A stretch of 63,401 nt of DNA, filler included, from Parasitella parasitica NRRL 2501 (lineage: Eukaryota; Fungi; Mucoromycota), in assembly GCA_025201805.1 (NCBI GenBank). It is 8 parts of 7 records of this genome, joined end to end, with 100 filler letters (N's around TTAATTAATTAA, not from the genome) between each part and the next. Parts side by side here need not be neighbours in the genome. Positions count along the whole stretch, not along the records: positions 1 to 18,195 come from MU619292.1; positions 18,296 to 49,155 come from MU619284.1; 6 more parts are not named here. One strand, written 5' to 3'. Shown here one piece after another: positions 11,838 through 24,600 of this stretch. Positions within the stretch are counted from its first letter, which is position 1. The number at the start of each line of letters is the position of its first letter. Position numbers and translations under genes: made by a program. The notes below the pieces were generated by a model that had not been told where the DNA came from, ran no database searches, and saw only the letters and a program-made list of their open reading frames with translations.

Positions 11838-14800
11838 ATGGAATACGTGGGTAAACTTGGAAGTATATTCACTTCAGTTCATAATTTTTACAACGAAATA
11901 AATCCTGCCACGTTATCAGGTGCTATCGATATTGTGGTTGTTGAACAAGAAGACGGTGATTTGGCTTGCTCACCGTTTCACATTAGATTTGGTAAGTTAT
12001 CAGTGTTGATGCCGCAAGAAAAAAGGGTAAGTATCAATATGTTTAACAATCTACGGGGCATTCATACATATCTGATAAAAAAAAAAAAAGGTTCAAATCA
12101 AGGTAAATGGCGAAATTGTTCCCTATGTCATGAAAGTAGGCGAAGCAGGAGAGGCATTTTTTGTATTTGAAACCGAACATGAAGTTCCCGAAGAGTTTCA
12201 AACCTCTCCCATAATGGAAGCAGTGCCTGAAAAATCAGAAGAGGATCCCCCCTATCTTGATATTGGTGAATCAAAAGACGAAGAAGAAAATGTCAAACAA
12301 GGTAAAGCCGACTTGTTGTCAAATAAATAACCCTACTTTAATCCGTTTTAATATAGAAGATAAAGCCACAGATACTTTTGAAGATGATGATAAGTCAAAG
12401 AAGTTGCCCTTACCCGCAGAGCTGCAATCACCTAAAATGATTATTGAAGAACAAATGGATAAGGTTGTCACCAAGATGGATCCTTACAATACACACGATG
12501 ATCATGGTGAACTGCCAGAACCGCAACTATATCCTGTAGATGACGGCCATATCGTCGAAAGAGTGATCCCGGAAGCTATTACAACAACCACAGTCGCCAA
12601 GGAGAGATTTATCGTTCGTCCTGCAGGCGGTGATCTATATAATACGCTGATGGATGTTACTCATACACCAGTAAACAAGGAAGACAGCAAAGGAGACGAA
12701 TCTATCGTTTTGGACATTGCTGGTTACAAAATAGGCAGCAATGATTGGGAAGAAGAGGGCGAGTTTGCTACACCCGGTGATGCTGATGCATTGGAGAAGG
12801 AAATGGCAAAATTATTATTAGACGAAAATGTAGTGCAATCACCTGCTGCTTTAGACCTTGAACCAGATTCGGATTTCAAACGAAATGAAGAGAACCCAAG
12901 CAGAGATTCGGCCGACAGAACCGATACTAACTACGCAACAGCCGAGGGATCAAAAATAGACGAGGAGCCTCTAGCAACAAAACAGGAGGAGCCAAAAAGG
13001 AGCTTATGGGGTTGGGGTAATGCCAAAAGACAAACTACGAATGACTCCATTGAGGTATCCTCGTCTGCAAAGTCTGATCCGCCTGATGAAGATAATAACG
13101 GCAGTTTGGCTCTTTTATCAGGCCAAATTTATCGCATAGAAATGAGTTTATGTGGTTTCTCTGCTTTTGGCAAAGATGAAGACGAAAATTCCCAAGTATT
13201 CGATCAGCATATTGTTACCTACGACAACTTTACTCATAATCCCAACATATTGAATGACAGGCGTCTCGTATTCCGTTATGAACAACGATATTATGCAGCA
13301 GGGCGTACAGGCCCTTTATTTACTTCGCTATTATTGTACAAAAAACCCTTGGAAGAAACACCAGAAGATGAAGAAGAAGCTGCTGATCGGCGTGAGTCTT
13401 ATCAACTAGGTAAAGGTTGGAGACAATGGCTAAGTCATTCATCAGTGGCAGCACCACCAACGTCTTCAACTGCTGTTATCAGTAAAAAGGATGCTACTTT
13501 GACCACACAGGAAGAAGAAAATGTCCCCAGCACAGAGGAACAAGAGACGGCTACATTTACTACAACTACGACAACTACATCAGTTGGATGGTCTGCTGAC
13601 CATGTCCATCCAGGAGAACCTGCAGAAGAACAAGTACCTCATAAAGTCTATGCAAAGACATTGCGGCTTACTTCTGATCAACTCAAAAGCCTTAGTCTCA
13701 AAAAAGGCGTAAATACCGTATCGTTCTCCGTAACGAGTGCTTATCAAGGCACAGCGACTTGTGCCGCTAAAATTTTTTACTGGGATTACGGAATTCAAGT
13801 TGTTATTTCTGATATCGATGGAACGATTACAAAATCAGATACACTGGGTCATGTTTTCACCATGATTGGCAAAGATTGGACACACATGGGCGTTGCTAAA
13901 TTATACACGGATATCGCCAACAATGGTTATCACTTTTTGTATCTTACAAGTCGGGCAATTGGCCAAGCAGATTATACTCGAGATTACTTGAAGAAAGTTG
14001 CGCAAGACAAATACCAACTACCTGATGGGCCTGTTATCATGTCGCCCGATCGACTGTTTACTTCTTTGCATCGTGAAGTCATTATGCGTAAACCGGAAGT
14101 ATTCAAAATGGCATGCTTAAGAGACATTCAACGTTTATTTGGTGGTAGAGACCCATTTTATGCGGGCTTTGGCAACCGTATTACAGATGCAAGGTCTTAT
14201 CGCAGTGTTAATGTGCCCACATCTCGTATATTCACAATCGATCCTTATGGCGATTTGAAACTGGAGCTGCTACTAGCATTTAAAAGCTCTTATCTACATC
14301 TCAATGATTTGGTTGACCAAATGTTTCCACCGATCAATCGTGTCGTCGACGAAGAATTCAATGATTGGAACTATTGGAAGGCTCCTGTTGCCGATATTGA
14401 AATTCCAGAATTGAATGTTGTCGAACCAGTGTCCCCAAAGCCAAAACCCATCAAGCCTGATCCATTCGCACTACCTCCTGGTTCTGTCGTTGCTTCCAAA
14501 TCGTCGTCTGGACGTAGTATTCTGCGCAGCTTTACCTCTCGTTCTGATGGCAATAATAGCACAAATAGCCTAAAAATTCGTAAACTACAAAGCAGTTCTA
14601 GTACGCCAACGTTGTTAAGTCGCAAGTTTTCCATTTCTAGTAACACTAGTGATGAAAATCTAGCTAGCGAAAACGACATTACAAGTGACCAGAAAGCAGG
14701 AAATGCTGGCGGTAATAATTCATCCATCGACGATCTAAGCACAAGCCCAACCAACTCAATCATGAACAAAATCTTAAGTGTGGGTGGTGTTCGATCGACT

Positions 14801-15001
14801 TTGTCACGGACATTTCTCTCCAATGACAATAGCAACAATACAAGTGGCACTAGCACTCCAAAAGTGATTGAAGAAGCAGTCGAAGAAGTAGACGGGGCTG
14901 AAGATAAAGAACTTACGCAGCAAGAGCAAGATCATATCAACCAAGATGTCGATTTACTATTAGACGACGATATTGATATGGATGATATCCCATTTATCTA
15001 G
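11838..15001 (+). CDS. PAH1: Phosphatidate phosphatase (lipin/Ned1/Smp2)
   Basis: N-LIP INPATLSGAIDIVVV...CSPFHIRFGK; C-LIP ISDIDGTITKSD (DxDxT), GKDWTH, FYAGFGNRITD. Confidence 0.95.
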
Positions 15002-15234
15002 AGAAATATGTATTTTTACCTTATAATCATTTGAATAAATATCAAACAAAATACAGCATTTGGCGTTACAGATATCACTTGTATGATTCCTACACCCACA
15101 TGTATGTAGTTGTGTATTGGTTAACTTGTACGATTACAAACAAATAAGCAAACAAACAAATAGTGAAATAAAAGAATTTCTTTTATTCAAGATATAAAAT
15201 ATTTACAAACGTTGAGTGCATTCGCAAGCATCAG

Positions 15235-15510
15235 CTATTCATCGAATACACTGTTAAAGGTAGGGCCAAATGTAGTTTCACTATCGTCTGATAGCGAGCG
15301 ATATGAATTTGTGGTGGTCTCAGAGACAGACTGGTTTTCGTTATTATACAATGCATGAATCGTGTTGTAATTGTCTTCTTGTTTTTTCACAGCAGCATTG
15401 ATGGTAGTAGAAGCAACGGGATGAGGAGTAGTAGGGATTAAAGTATAAGCACGACACAAAGGACGACTCGCAAGGGTCCAGCGACGAGAAACTAGAGCAA
15501 TTGAAGACAT
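15235..15510 (-). CDS. Small hypothetical protein with a mitochondrial-presequence-like N-terminus
   Basis: 91-aa ATG ORF with an R/S/A-rich acid-free N-terminus (MSSIALVSRRWTLASRPLCRAY) and a TATA-like tract upstream. Confidence 0.6.
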   Translation of the reverse strand: MSSIALVSRRWTLASRPLCRAYTLIPTTPHPVASTTINAAVKKQEDNYNTIHALYNNENQSVSETTTNSYRSLSDDSETTFGPTFNSVFDE

Positions 15511-15726
15511 GGTTTTGAATAAAAAAGAAAAAATAAAGAGGAAATTGATTGACCTTTGAAATGGAAAATTAAAGGCTTTTTATATACTACCATGTCTTAT
15601 CAAAGGTAATACCATTACAGTGCACAACAGATAGATTTGGGCGTTTTTTTTTTATTAGTGTTTGTATGTAATGCTTGTAAAAAAAATCCCACGGATACGA
15701 CGCCAAATCTAGTTAACTTGATTCAT

Positions 15727-16125
15727 TTATTTGTTGGTGTTTTTCTGATTCTTATTTTTTTTCCAGTATAAATAACTCACAGAGTGCAAAGCTTTACTAT
15801 CTGGTATCACATTTAAGGGAGGCCCTGCAAACCACAAGATAGGTCCATCTGGTTGGCGTTTATATAATACATCTACTAAGACGTTAATATATACCAAGTA
15901 AAAGCTGAATGCACACAAACCTAATTTCTTTTCTGGCTGTGGTTGTTGCTGCTGTTGCTGCTGTTGCTGCTGGATATGTTGATTTACTGCATTTAATGAA
16001 TCAATGACGCTTGCCTGGGAGAATTGTTGCGGCTGCAAAGGTAATCCCTGTGCTTGTGGTTGTGGTAAGGGCGCCAATGCTGGTTGTGGTTGTATATTGT
16101 TGTAAATAAAAGGTTGAGATTGCAT
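15727..16125 (-). CDS. Small Q-rich protein with an Rsc1/Rsc2-like C-terminal motif
   Basis: Probable in-frame 48-nt GT-AG intron at 15873-15920. The product has a polyQ tract followed by LYKRQPDGPILWFAGPPLNV...HSVSYLYWKK. Confidence 0.65.
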   Translation of the reverse strand: MQSQPFIYNNIQPQPALAPLPQPQAQGLPLQPQQFSQASVIDSLNAVNQHIQQQQQQQQQQPQPEKKLGLCAFSFYLVYINVLVDVLYKRQPDGPILWFAGPPLNVIPDSKALHSVSYLYWKKNKNQKNTNK

Positions 16126-16247
16126 TTTTTTGTGATTGAAGAAAGAAGAAAAAAGCCCTCCATCGTGTGCTGTCGTCTAGGAAATTTAGAGCGTTTAAAG
16201 CCAGATTACTGGCAAAATTTTTCTTTTGTTCTTGATATTTCACCATC

Positions 16248-16819
16248 ATGGGGAAGAAGCAGACAGCTAGGGACCAGCTTGACAACAATTTTGAGATTAA
16301 GCAAGGCCAAGTCTATGCCCGTTCTATGGGCCCGAGAGGAAACCAACAGCATGAAGTAGAATTCATCGATGGTGAAAAGAAACTGGTAACACTTCCTCCT
16401 CGTTTTAGAAATCTTGTTTGGTTAAAACGAGGTAAATTTTGCATGTATTCTGATGATCTGTTGCATGATTAACATGATTTCAGGTCATTATGTCATTGTG
16501 GATCCTACTGTTGGCGTATCAGAGAAGGTTGCTGGCGAGATCGTCTCAGTATTGTTTCCGAAAAACATAAAAGACCTTAAAGCGGCAGGAAAATGGTAAG
16601 AGTCCCATCTTATAATTGATTTCTGGTTCATTTTTTTAATCATTGAACACTGCATCAAGGCCTGAAGAATTTTCTGATTCCAGAAGAGAACCTACTGTTC
16701 CTCCAAAGAACGTGAATGGCGATGACGATGAGGAGGAGTATCAAGACGATTTATTTGTGAATAATAACAGACCTGTTATGTCTGACACTGATTGCTCGAG
16801 TGAAGAAGAAGATGAATAG
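16248..16819 (+). CDS. EIF1AD: eIF1A-domain (S1-like) RNA-binding protein, 3 exons
   Basis: GPRGNQQHEV...LVTLPPRFRNLVWLKRGHYVIVDP...KVAGEIVSVL...LKAAGKWPEEF, plus the acidic tail DDLFVNNNRP. Confidence 0.88.
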
Positions 16820-16832
16820 ATATACCCCTTTT

Positions 16833-17449
16833 TTACATGGGAGGAAGGTCAGGCAAATCACCTGAATTCGTGGGGGGTAAATTTTGTCTTTCTTCCAACA
16901 TTAGTAGTGTCATGAAAACAACAAAGAATGTAAATGCAATCAAACTCAATATTGTCATGCAAATGTTTGCCTTGCGCCATGCGTTTTCGTATATATTTTG
17001 ACTCTTCCAGCAACAGCCAATGAACCATAATGGAGGAAAGAGCCTATCACCTCTTGATGAATAAACTGTTTGATGGAATGATTTCAATTACTTTACCACC
17101 CTAACGTGAATAATGCTGCATTTACAGGAAAGTGACGATCCTCTCTGCCTACTCTCCTGATGATGAACCTGTATCGTTGAGGAGGTTCGGATTCTTGTTG
17201 ATAATGCTGAATTTGGTATTGGCAGTGTGCATTTTGGCGGTTAAATGTTGGCTGCGATTGCACAGAGCCATACGAATAATAACTCGATGACGGCAGACTG
17301 CTGTGTGGCGGAGAGCTAGGCATACAGTTGCTAGTAAAAGTTGCTTGCTGTAGCCTGTTGTTTTGAAATTCAGCGAAAGCAGATCCATATGAAGGGGGAC
17401 AAGCAGCATTTGCATCAGATGAACGAGAAAAGCTATTGTTTTTGTCCAT
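16833..17449 (-). CDS. Small membrane protein with an N-terminal PPSY motif, 2 exons
   Basis: An intron at 17044-17096 joins ...AALFTLGW to LFPPLWFIGCC...ANICMTILSLIAFTFFVVFMTLLML, giving two hydrophobic segments. Confidence 0.7.
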
Positions 17450-18195
17450 TGAAAATATTGATATGAATTGGAAAAAGAAAAAATCATTGAGAAAGCACTC
17501 TTCTCAAGTCACTGGATCAGAAGATGAGCGTGTGGCCCTTATCATATTCTGTTTCAATGCCAGTTGTATTGCAACTTGTAGTTAAGAAATCTCCAGCATT
17601 TCATGGATGCATTGGCCTTTCGATTTACGATTAAATGAGAAATTTTATTAAATAAAAAGGAAAACAAAAATGGTCATAATGAGCACAATAGTTGGAATAA
17701 CTGCATTGCCCGGACCAGTTCGCCAAGTGAAAGGAAAGAAAAAACCCTCTGAAGAGTCAAGAGGGAAAACGAAAAAAGTATGGAAGAGGTAAGAAATTAT
17801 AAATTGAAACAAATATAAGTTGAAATGAAAGAGTATAAAAGAGGAGAAATAAAAAGAAAAAATCCAGAAACAGCTCAGAAACACTAGCAGCTTTTACCTA
17901 TGCAACCATTCTACCAAACTAGTACCGATATGAGGAGGAGCCGGAGGAATGTCTTCATTGTGGAAAATATGATCTAATTCGAATAGGATCAAGCAGATTG
18001 CAGGCCAACGGACTGCCCAGGAAGCGCTGTATTGAGCATTTGTGGGCTTTTTTAGTGGCAGTAAGTTAAGCATTAATAAAGAACTAGGCCTAAGGTAAAT
18101 GTTACCACTTTTATGTTATCTTTTCTAAAGTATTTTATCCAAAATAAAAATTTACTTTGTACCAAAAAAGACTAAAATCCTGTAATTGTCCATTA

Positions 18196-18295
18196 NNNNN
18201 NNNNNNNNNNNNNNNNNNNNNNNNNNNNNNNNNNNNNNNTTAATTAATTAANNNNNNNNNNNNNNNNNNNNNNNNNNNNNNNNNNNNNNNNNNNN
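18196..18295. other. Artificial contig spacer N44-TTAATTAATTAA-N44 (also at 49156, 53582, 55607, 59391, 60976, 62216)
   Basis: The same 100-nt spacer with a six-frame stop core occurs seven times. Confidence 0.97.
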
Positions 18296-20808
18296 TATCG
18301 AGACAATTGATTCATCAATCAACACGGCATATACAACACCAACAACTCTGAACCCCCCGGATAAATCTTTTGAGACGCTACGAGTTGGCACACTCAACTG
18401 TCGAGGTCTGACCAAGACAGCTGCCTCCTCCACCCGTCAACACTTTATTCGCTATTTACGAACATGCTCTCTCGATTTGCTAGCACTTCAAGAGACGCAC
18501 GCTTCTAGCACCACCATCCAAGACCAGTTCCACCTTCAATTTCAAGCCAAGTCTAGTATTTGGTCAAAACATTGCGGGCTGGTCTCCTTTTCTTCTGAAA
18601 TCTCATTCTCGAATTCCATTGTCAGCATCTGTGGGCGGATCATATCAACCACGATATCTCATGCTTCTCATGCATTTGAACCGTTTTCTACAACGGTCGT
18701 GTATTTTCCTGCATCCCGCTCTGACCGAATTCGTTTCTTGTCTACCATTCTCACAGACTTTGCCTCTGTGTTTTCGTCATCTCCCTCCCGTTCTATTATC
18801 CTGGGTGATTTCAACTACACCTACTCTAATGCTTCTTCGTCCCGGAATCGACAGGCTCCTGCTCCTTGGTTACAGTACCTTGGTGATCATTTTATCAATG
18901 GCATCACGGCTCCAGGTGCCTCCCCTTCTGTTACATTCCAGCGTGGCTCGTCTCAATCTTGTATAGACTACATCTTTTTGTCCTCAGATCTCCTGTCATC
19001 TATACAATAAAATATGAACATTGCCATACATCTTATATACAACCCGCTTGGTCCGATCACTTCCTTCTTTCTAGCCAGCTTCGGCTGTATCCATCCACAG
19101 ATGCTTCGTCCACGTCGTCTGTTGGCAAAGGCCTGTGGCGTGCCCACCCTCTTCTAGCAGCCAACTCCACCTTTTGTCGACAACTACATCGTGCTCTAAG
19201 TGGTCGAGTCCCGACTCTTGATCCCACCTTGTCTGCTGCCCAGAAATGGGAGGAATTGAAACGTACCACTGCAACTGTTGCCCAATCCTTCTCAAGACGT
19301 AATGCTTATACCCTTAAGCGCGCTGAAGAGCTCCTTCACAAGAAACGGTCTCGCATACAGAAACACTTATCGACGGATCCAACTAAACAAGCGGAGCTGA
19401 CTCCACAACTGTCCACTGTAGAGGACCAGCTTTCTGCCATCCAACAATATAATACCATGTTGAAACCTTGGCTTTGCGGTCTGGTGTTCGTTGGCGTGAA
19501 CAAGGAGAGATGTCACCAGGATTCTTGAAGAAAACGTCGTCCATTCGAGCTGCTCGAACCCTCATCCCTCCATTAATTCATCCAATGACACAATCTTTGT
19601 GTACCTCGAAAGAATCCATGCTTGATGCCGCTGCCACCTATTATGGTACGCTCTACACTCCAGATGCTATCGATATGAATGCTGTACACGACTTACTAGA
19701 TGCAATTCCTCAATCCGCTCGTTTGTCTTCTACCGCATCTCAATCTATGCTCGAGCCCATCACCTTTGACGACCTCTGTGAAGCCTTTTCTCGTGCACCC
19801 ACCACTTCATCGCCTGGTATGGATGGTTTACCGTATCAGCTTGTCCATCTGATTGTCACCAATCAAACATGCCGAGAAATTGCGCTAGCTACCTTCAACA
19901 ATGCCTTGACCCACTCGGATCTTCCTCCTTCATGGCTGGAATCCTGTGTTGTGCTAATTCCAAAGAAAGGACCCCCAGAACTCTTGCAAAACTGGCGTCC
20001 CATATCTTTGATCAACACTGATGCCAAAGTCTTCACTCGCATTCTCAGTGGCCGCATGATTGACCAAGCTTCCTCCCTTATCAATCCATTTCAAACGGGA
20101 TTCGTGAGAGGCCGGTTCATCGCAGATAATGGTCTTCTTATGAAGTTAATTATGGAACATGCGCGTGCTACTTCTTCTTCTAGTATTGGTCTGCTCCTTG
20201 ATCAGGAAAAGGCTTATGACCGTGTCCATCCCGTATATCTTCGCGCCGTCCTCCTTCGCTTTGGCTTCCCTGTGGCTTTGGTTGATCGTATCTCTCACTT
20301 GTTCTTTGACAATCATCTAGTTGTCAATGTCAATGGTTTTCTCTCACCAAGAGTCCCTCAACTACGAGGCTTAAAACAAGGCAACCCAATCAGCCCTATT
20401 CTGTTCAACTTGGCATTTGAGCCGCTTCTTAGAAAGATTCTTCAGGATCCACAACTGCCAGGTTTCAAGTTACCCTCACCTCCTTCCCTCAATGCTCCTT
20501 CTGCTGTCAAAATGATGGCGTACGCTGATGATATTGTTTGTCTGTTGACCTCTACTGCCGATCTCGATCGACTACATTCCCATCTACAAGTGTACTCTGC
20601 TGCATCCAACGCTCTGGTGAACTTTCACAAGACGGAGGCTATCTCTCTCAGTGGCTCCGTCACTAACTATCATTCGATTTGGCGAACCTCACTTCTTCAA
20701 CATCGCATCACTAGTTGGCATGATGCTACGTCGCCTTCACCCATCCGATATCTGGGCTTTCCATTGTTTACATCGATTAAACAACGAAACTCTTTTCTCG
20801 AACAATTG
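18296..20808 (+). mobile_element. L1/Tx1-like LINE ORF2, 3'-truncated copy with frameshifts
   Basis: AP endonuclease (TLNCRGL, LALQETH, ILGDFN, SCIDYIF, WSDH) and RT (NWRPISLIN, DQEKAYD, YADD). Small insertions near 19006 and 19448 break the frame. Identity to copy 2 stops at 20808. Confidence 0.92.
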
Positions 20809-20839
20809 TGTTGTGCCAGTGTCAAAGGGCGCAGCGTAA

Positions 20840-20980
20840 TGTTATGTAAAATATGATTTGTATAAAGTAATAAGACTTTTCTGAATAAAACCAGATACAA
20901 AACTGAAGACTTTTATTGACATAAGATATGATCTCTATTTATACTAAAATATATCCCAATCAATGTTTATCCACATAACA
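20840..20980 (-). repeat. Short solo-LTR-like element (141 bp)
   Basis: Perfect 8-bp terminal inverted repeat TGTTATGT...ACATAACA. TATAAATAG and AATAAA lie on the minus strand. No TSD is visible. Confidence 0.6.
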
Positions 20981-21168
20981 TCTGATGTTTGACAAGAAGT
21001 GTCAAACCTTATTAAATCACAGCATTTCCAGGACAGACGACCTATCTTTCTATTTTACATTAAAGAGAAGATTGGGTAGGATGTCTTCCCGACATCCCGC
21101 GATCTGATCTAGATGTATTCTTTGAATAAGCCTGGAACCTTGCAAGAGGTCCAATTACAACTTGTAGC

Positions 21169-21666
21169 TTATTCCTTAGAAGTGTGATTTGCAATAAGGA
21201 CAGAGACAGAAACCTCATCAAACAGGTTGATTAAGAGCCGGAGAATAGCACGAGGTAATGAAGAGTCAGCTAAAGCCTTCCAAATCACACGCCGGTCCAC
21301 AGTATCATACGCAGCCTTGATATCCAAAAAAGCAACAACAGGATGACGCCGGTGAGCCAAATAATAGTCATGCATCAAGTCATGCAAGCAGAGGGCTTGA
21401 TCCAGAGGACTACGTTGAGGCCGAAAACCACCTTGAGCAACATCGAGTGCCGGAGAGTGCAGATCCAGTTCAGGCATCAGACAAAACTCAAACAGTTTGC
21501 GCATTACCGAAGAAAGTGAGATAGGCCTAAAGTTACTCGGATCAGATGCATCACCCTTCTTGTAAATTGGGAAAACTTGAGCTTGACGCCACAACACTGG
21601 AGTATACGACCACTGATAACACAGAGTAAACAGCAAAGACAATACTGGAGCAACTTCATGTGATAA
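21169..21666 (-). mobile_element. RT fragment of a second, different non-LTR retrotransposon family
   Basis: WRQAQVFPIYKKGDASDPSNFRPISL, QGGFRPQRS, VAFLDIKAAYDTV; truncated before the YADD motif. Confidence 0.85.
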
Positions 21667-21676
21667 NNNNNNNNNN

Positions 21677-24600
21677 TATCGAGACAATTGATTCATCAAT
21701 CAACACGGCATATACAACACCAACAACTCTGAACCCCCCGGATAAATCTTTTGAGACGCTACGAGTTGGCACACTCAACTGTCGAGGTCTGACCAAGACA
21801 GCTGCCTCCTCCACCCGTCAACACTTTATTCGCTATTTACGAACATGCTCTCTCGATTTGCTAGCACTTCAAGAGACGCACGCTTCTAGCACCACCATCC
21901 AAGACCAGTTCCACCTTCAATTTCAAGCCAAGTCTAGTATTTGGTCAAAACATTGCGGGCTGGTCTCCTTTTCTTCTGAAATCTCATTCTCGAATTCCAT
22001 TGTCAGCATCTGTGGGCGGATCATATCAACCACGATATCTCATGCTTCTCATGCATTTGAACCGTTTTCTACAACGGTCGTGTATTTTCCTGCATCCCGC
22101 TCTGACCGAATTCGTTTCTTGTCTACCATTCTCACAGACTTTGCCTCTGTGTTTTCGTCATCTCCCTCCCGTTCTATTATCCTGGGTGATTTCAACTACA
22201 CCTACTCTAATGCTTCTTCGTCCCGGAATCGACAGGCTCCTGCTCCTTGGTTACAGTACCTTGGTGATCATTTTATCAATGGCATCACGGCTCCAGGTGC
22301 CTCCCCTTCTGTTACATTCCAGCGTGGCTCGTCTCAATCTTGTATAGACTACATCTTTTTGTCCTCAGATCTCCTGTCATCTATACAATATGAACATTGC
22401 CATACATCTTATATACAACCCGCTTGGTCCGATCACTTCCTTCTTTCTAGCCAGCTTCGGCTGTATCCATCCACAGATGCTTCGTCCACGTCGTCTGTTG
22501 GCAAAGGCCTGTGGCGTGCCCACCCTCTTCTAGCTGCCAACTCCACCTTTTGTCGACAACTACATCGTGCTCTAAGTGGTCGAGTCCCGACTCTTGATCC
22601 CACCTTGTCTGCTGCCCAGAAATGGGAGGAATTGAAACGTACCACTGCAACTGTTGCCCAATCCTTCTCAAGACGTAATGCTTATACCCTTAAGCGCGCT
22701 GAAGAGCTCCTTCACAAGAAACGGTCTCGCATACAGCAACACTTATCGACGGATCCAACTAAAAAAAGCGGAGCTGACTCCACAACTGTCCATTGTAGAG
22801 GACCAGCTTTCTGCCATCCAACAATACCATGTTGAAACCTTGGCTTTGCGGTCTGGTGTTCGTTGGCGTGAACAAGGAGAGATGTCACCAGGATTCTTGA
22901 AGAAAACGTCGTCCATTCGAGCTGCTCGAACCCTCATCCCTCCATTAATTCATCCAATGACACAATCTTTGTGTACCTCGAAAGAATCCATGCTTGATGC
23001 CGCTGCCACCTATTATGGTACGCTCTACACTCCAGATGCTATCGATATGAATGCTGTACACGACTTACTAGATGCAATTCCTCAATCCGCTCGTTTGTCT
23101 TCTACCGCATCTCAATCTATGCTCGAGCCCATCACCTTTGACGACCTCTGTGAAGCCTTTTCTCGTGCACCCACCACTTCATCGCCTGGTATGGATGGTT
23201 TACCGTATCAGCTTGTCCATCTGATTGTCACCAATCAAACATGCCGAGAAATTGCGCTAGCTACCTTCAACAATGCCTTGACCCACTCGGATCTTCCTCC
23301 TTCATGGCTGGAATCCTGTGTTGTGCTACTTCCAAAGAAAGGACCCCCAGAACTCTTGCAAAACTGGCGTCCCATATCTTTGATCAACACTGATGCCAAA
23401 GTCTTCACTCGCATTCTCAGTGGCCGCATGATTGACCAAGCTTCCTCCCTTATCAATCCATTTCAAACGGGATTCGTGAGAGGCCGGTTCATCGCAGATA
23501 ATGGTCTTCTTATGAAGTTAATCATGGAACATGCGCGTGCTACTTCTTCTTCTAGTATTGGTCTGCTCCTTGATCAGGAAAAGGCGTATGACCGTGTCCA
23601 TCCCGTATATCTTCGCGCCGTCCTCCTTCGCTTTGGCTTCCCTGTGGCTTTGGTTGATTGTATCTCTCACTTGTTCTTTGACAATCATCTAGTTGTCAAT
23701 GTCAATGGTTTTCTCTCACCAAGAGTCCCTCAACTACGAGGCTTAAAACAAGGTGACCCAATCAGCCCTATTCTGTTCAACTTGGCATTTGAGCCGCTTC
23801 TTAGAAAGATTCTTCAGGATCCACAACTGCCAGGTTTCCAGTTACCCTCACCTCCTTCCCTCAATGCTCCTTCTGCTGTCAAAATGATGGCGTACGCTGA
23901 TGATATTGCTTGTCTGTTGACCTCTCCTGCCGATCTCGATCGACTACATTCCCATCTACAAGTGTACTCTGCTGCATCCAACGCTCTGGTGAACTTTCAC
24001 AAGACGGAGGCTATCTCTCTCAGTGGCTCCGTCACTAACTATGATTCGATTTGGCGAACCTCACTTCTTCAACATCGCATCACTAGTTGGCATGATGCTA
24101 CGTCGCCTTCACCCATCCGATATCTGGGCTTTCCATTGTTTACATCGATTAAACAACGAAACTCTTTTCTCGAACAATTGGTTGATAAGATCCGTATAGG
24201 CTGTCAAATCCACAAACACCGAGGTCTTTCCGTACGCGGACGAGCCACTGTCCTTAACTCGCTTGTTCTCAGTCGGCTCTGGCATGTCCTTCGAGTGGTG
24301 ACAGTGCCGGTTTCCATTTTGAATTCTATTCAATCTGTGATCTCTCAGTTTGTCAATTTTCGAATATCTCCAAAAATTGGTCATCTCACTTTCTTCGCCT
24401 CTCGGTCCCAAGGTGGTCTTGGCATCCTCAATCCAAAGTTACAACAAGGCGCGCTCCAGCTACGATGGCTCGAACCGTTGCTCAGCATGTCTTCCACCCA
24501 AATGATGTCTCATCCTTCCATAGTGTTACCTCGACTAATCGGTTTCTTGGGTGCTCATATCTCCAACAACCCAAACCTTCCCACCGACCATCCGTCGCAA

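Noticed and set aside
22740-22790. Possible programmed frameshift between LINE endonuclease and RT at an A7 run
   Set aside because: Copy 1 reads through in frame here (AAACAA), so this is a mutation or homopolymer error in copy 2.
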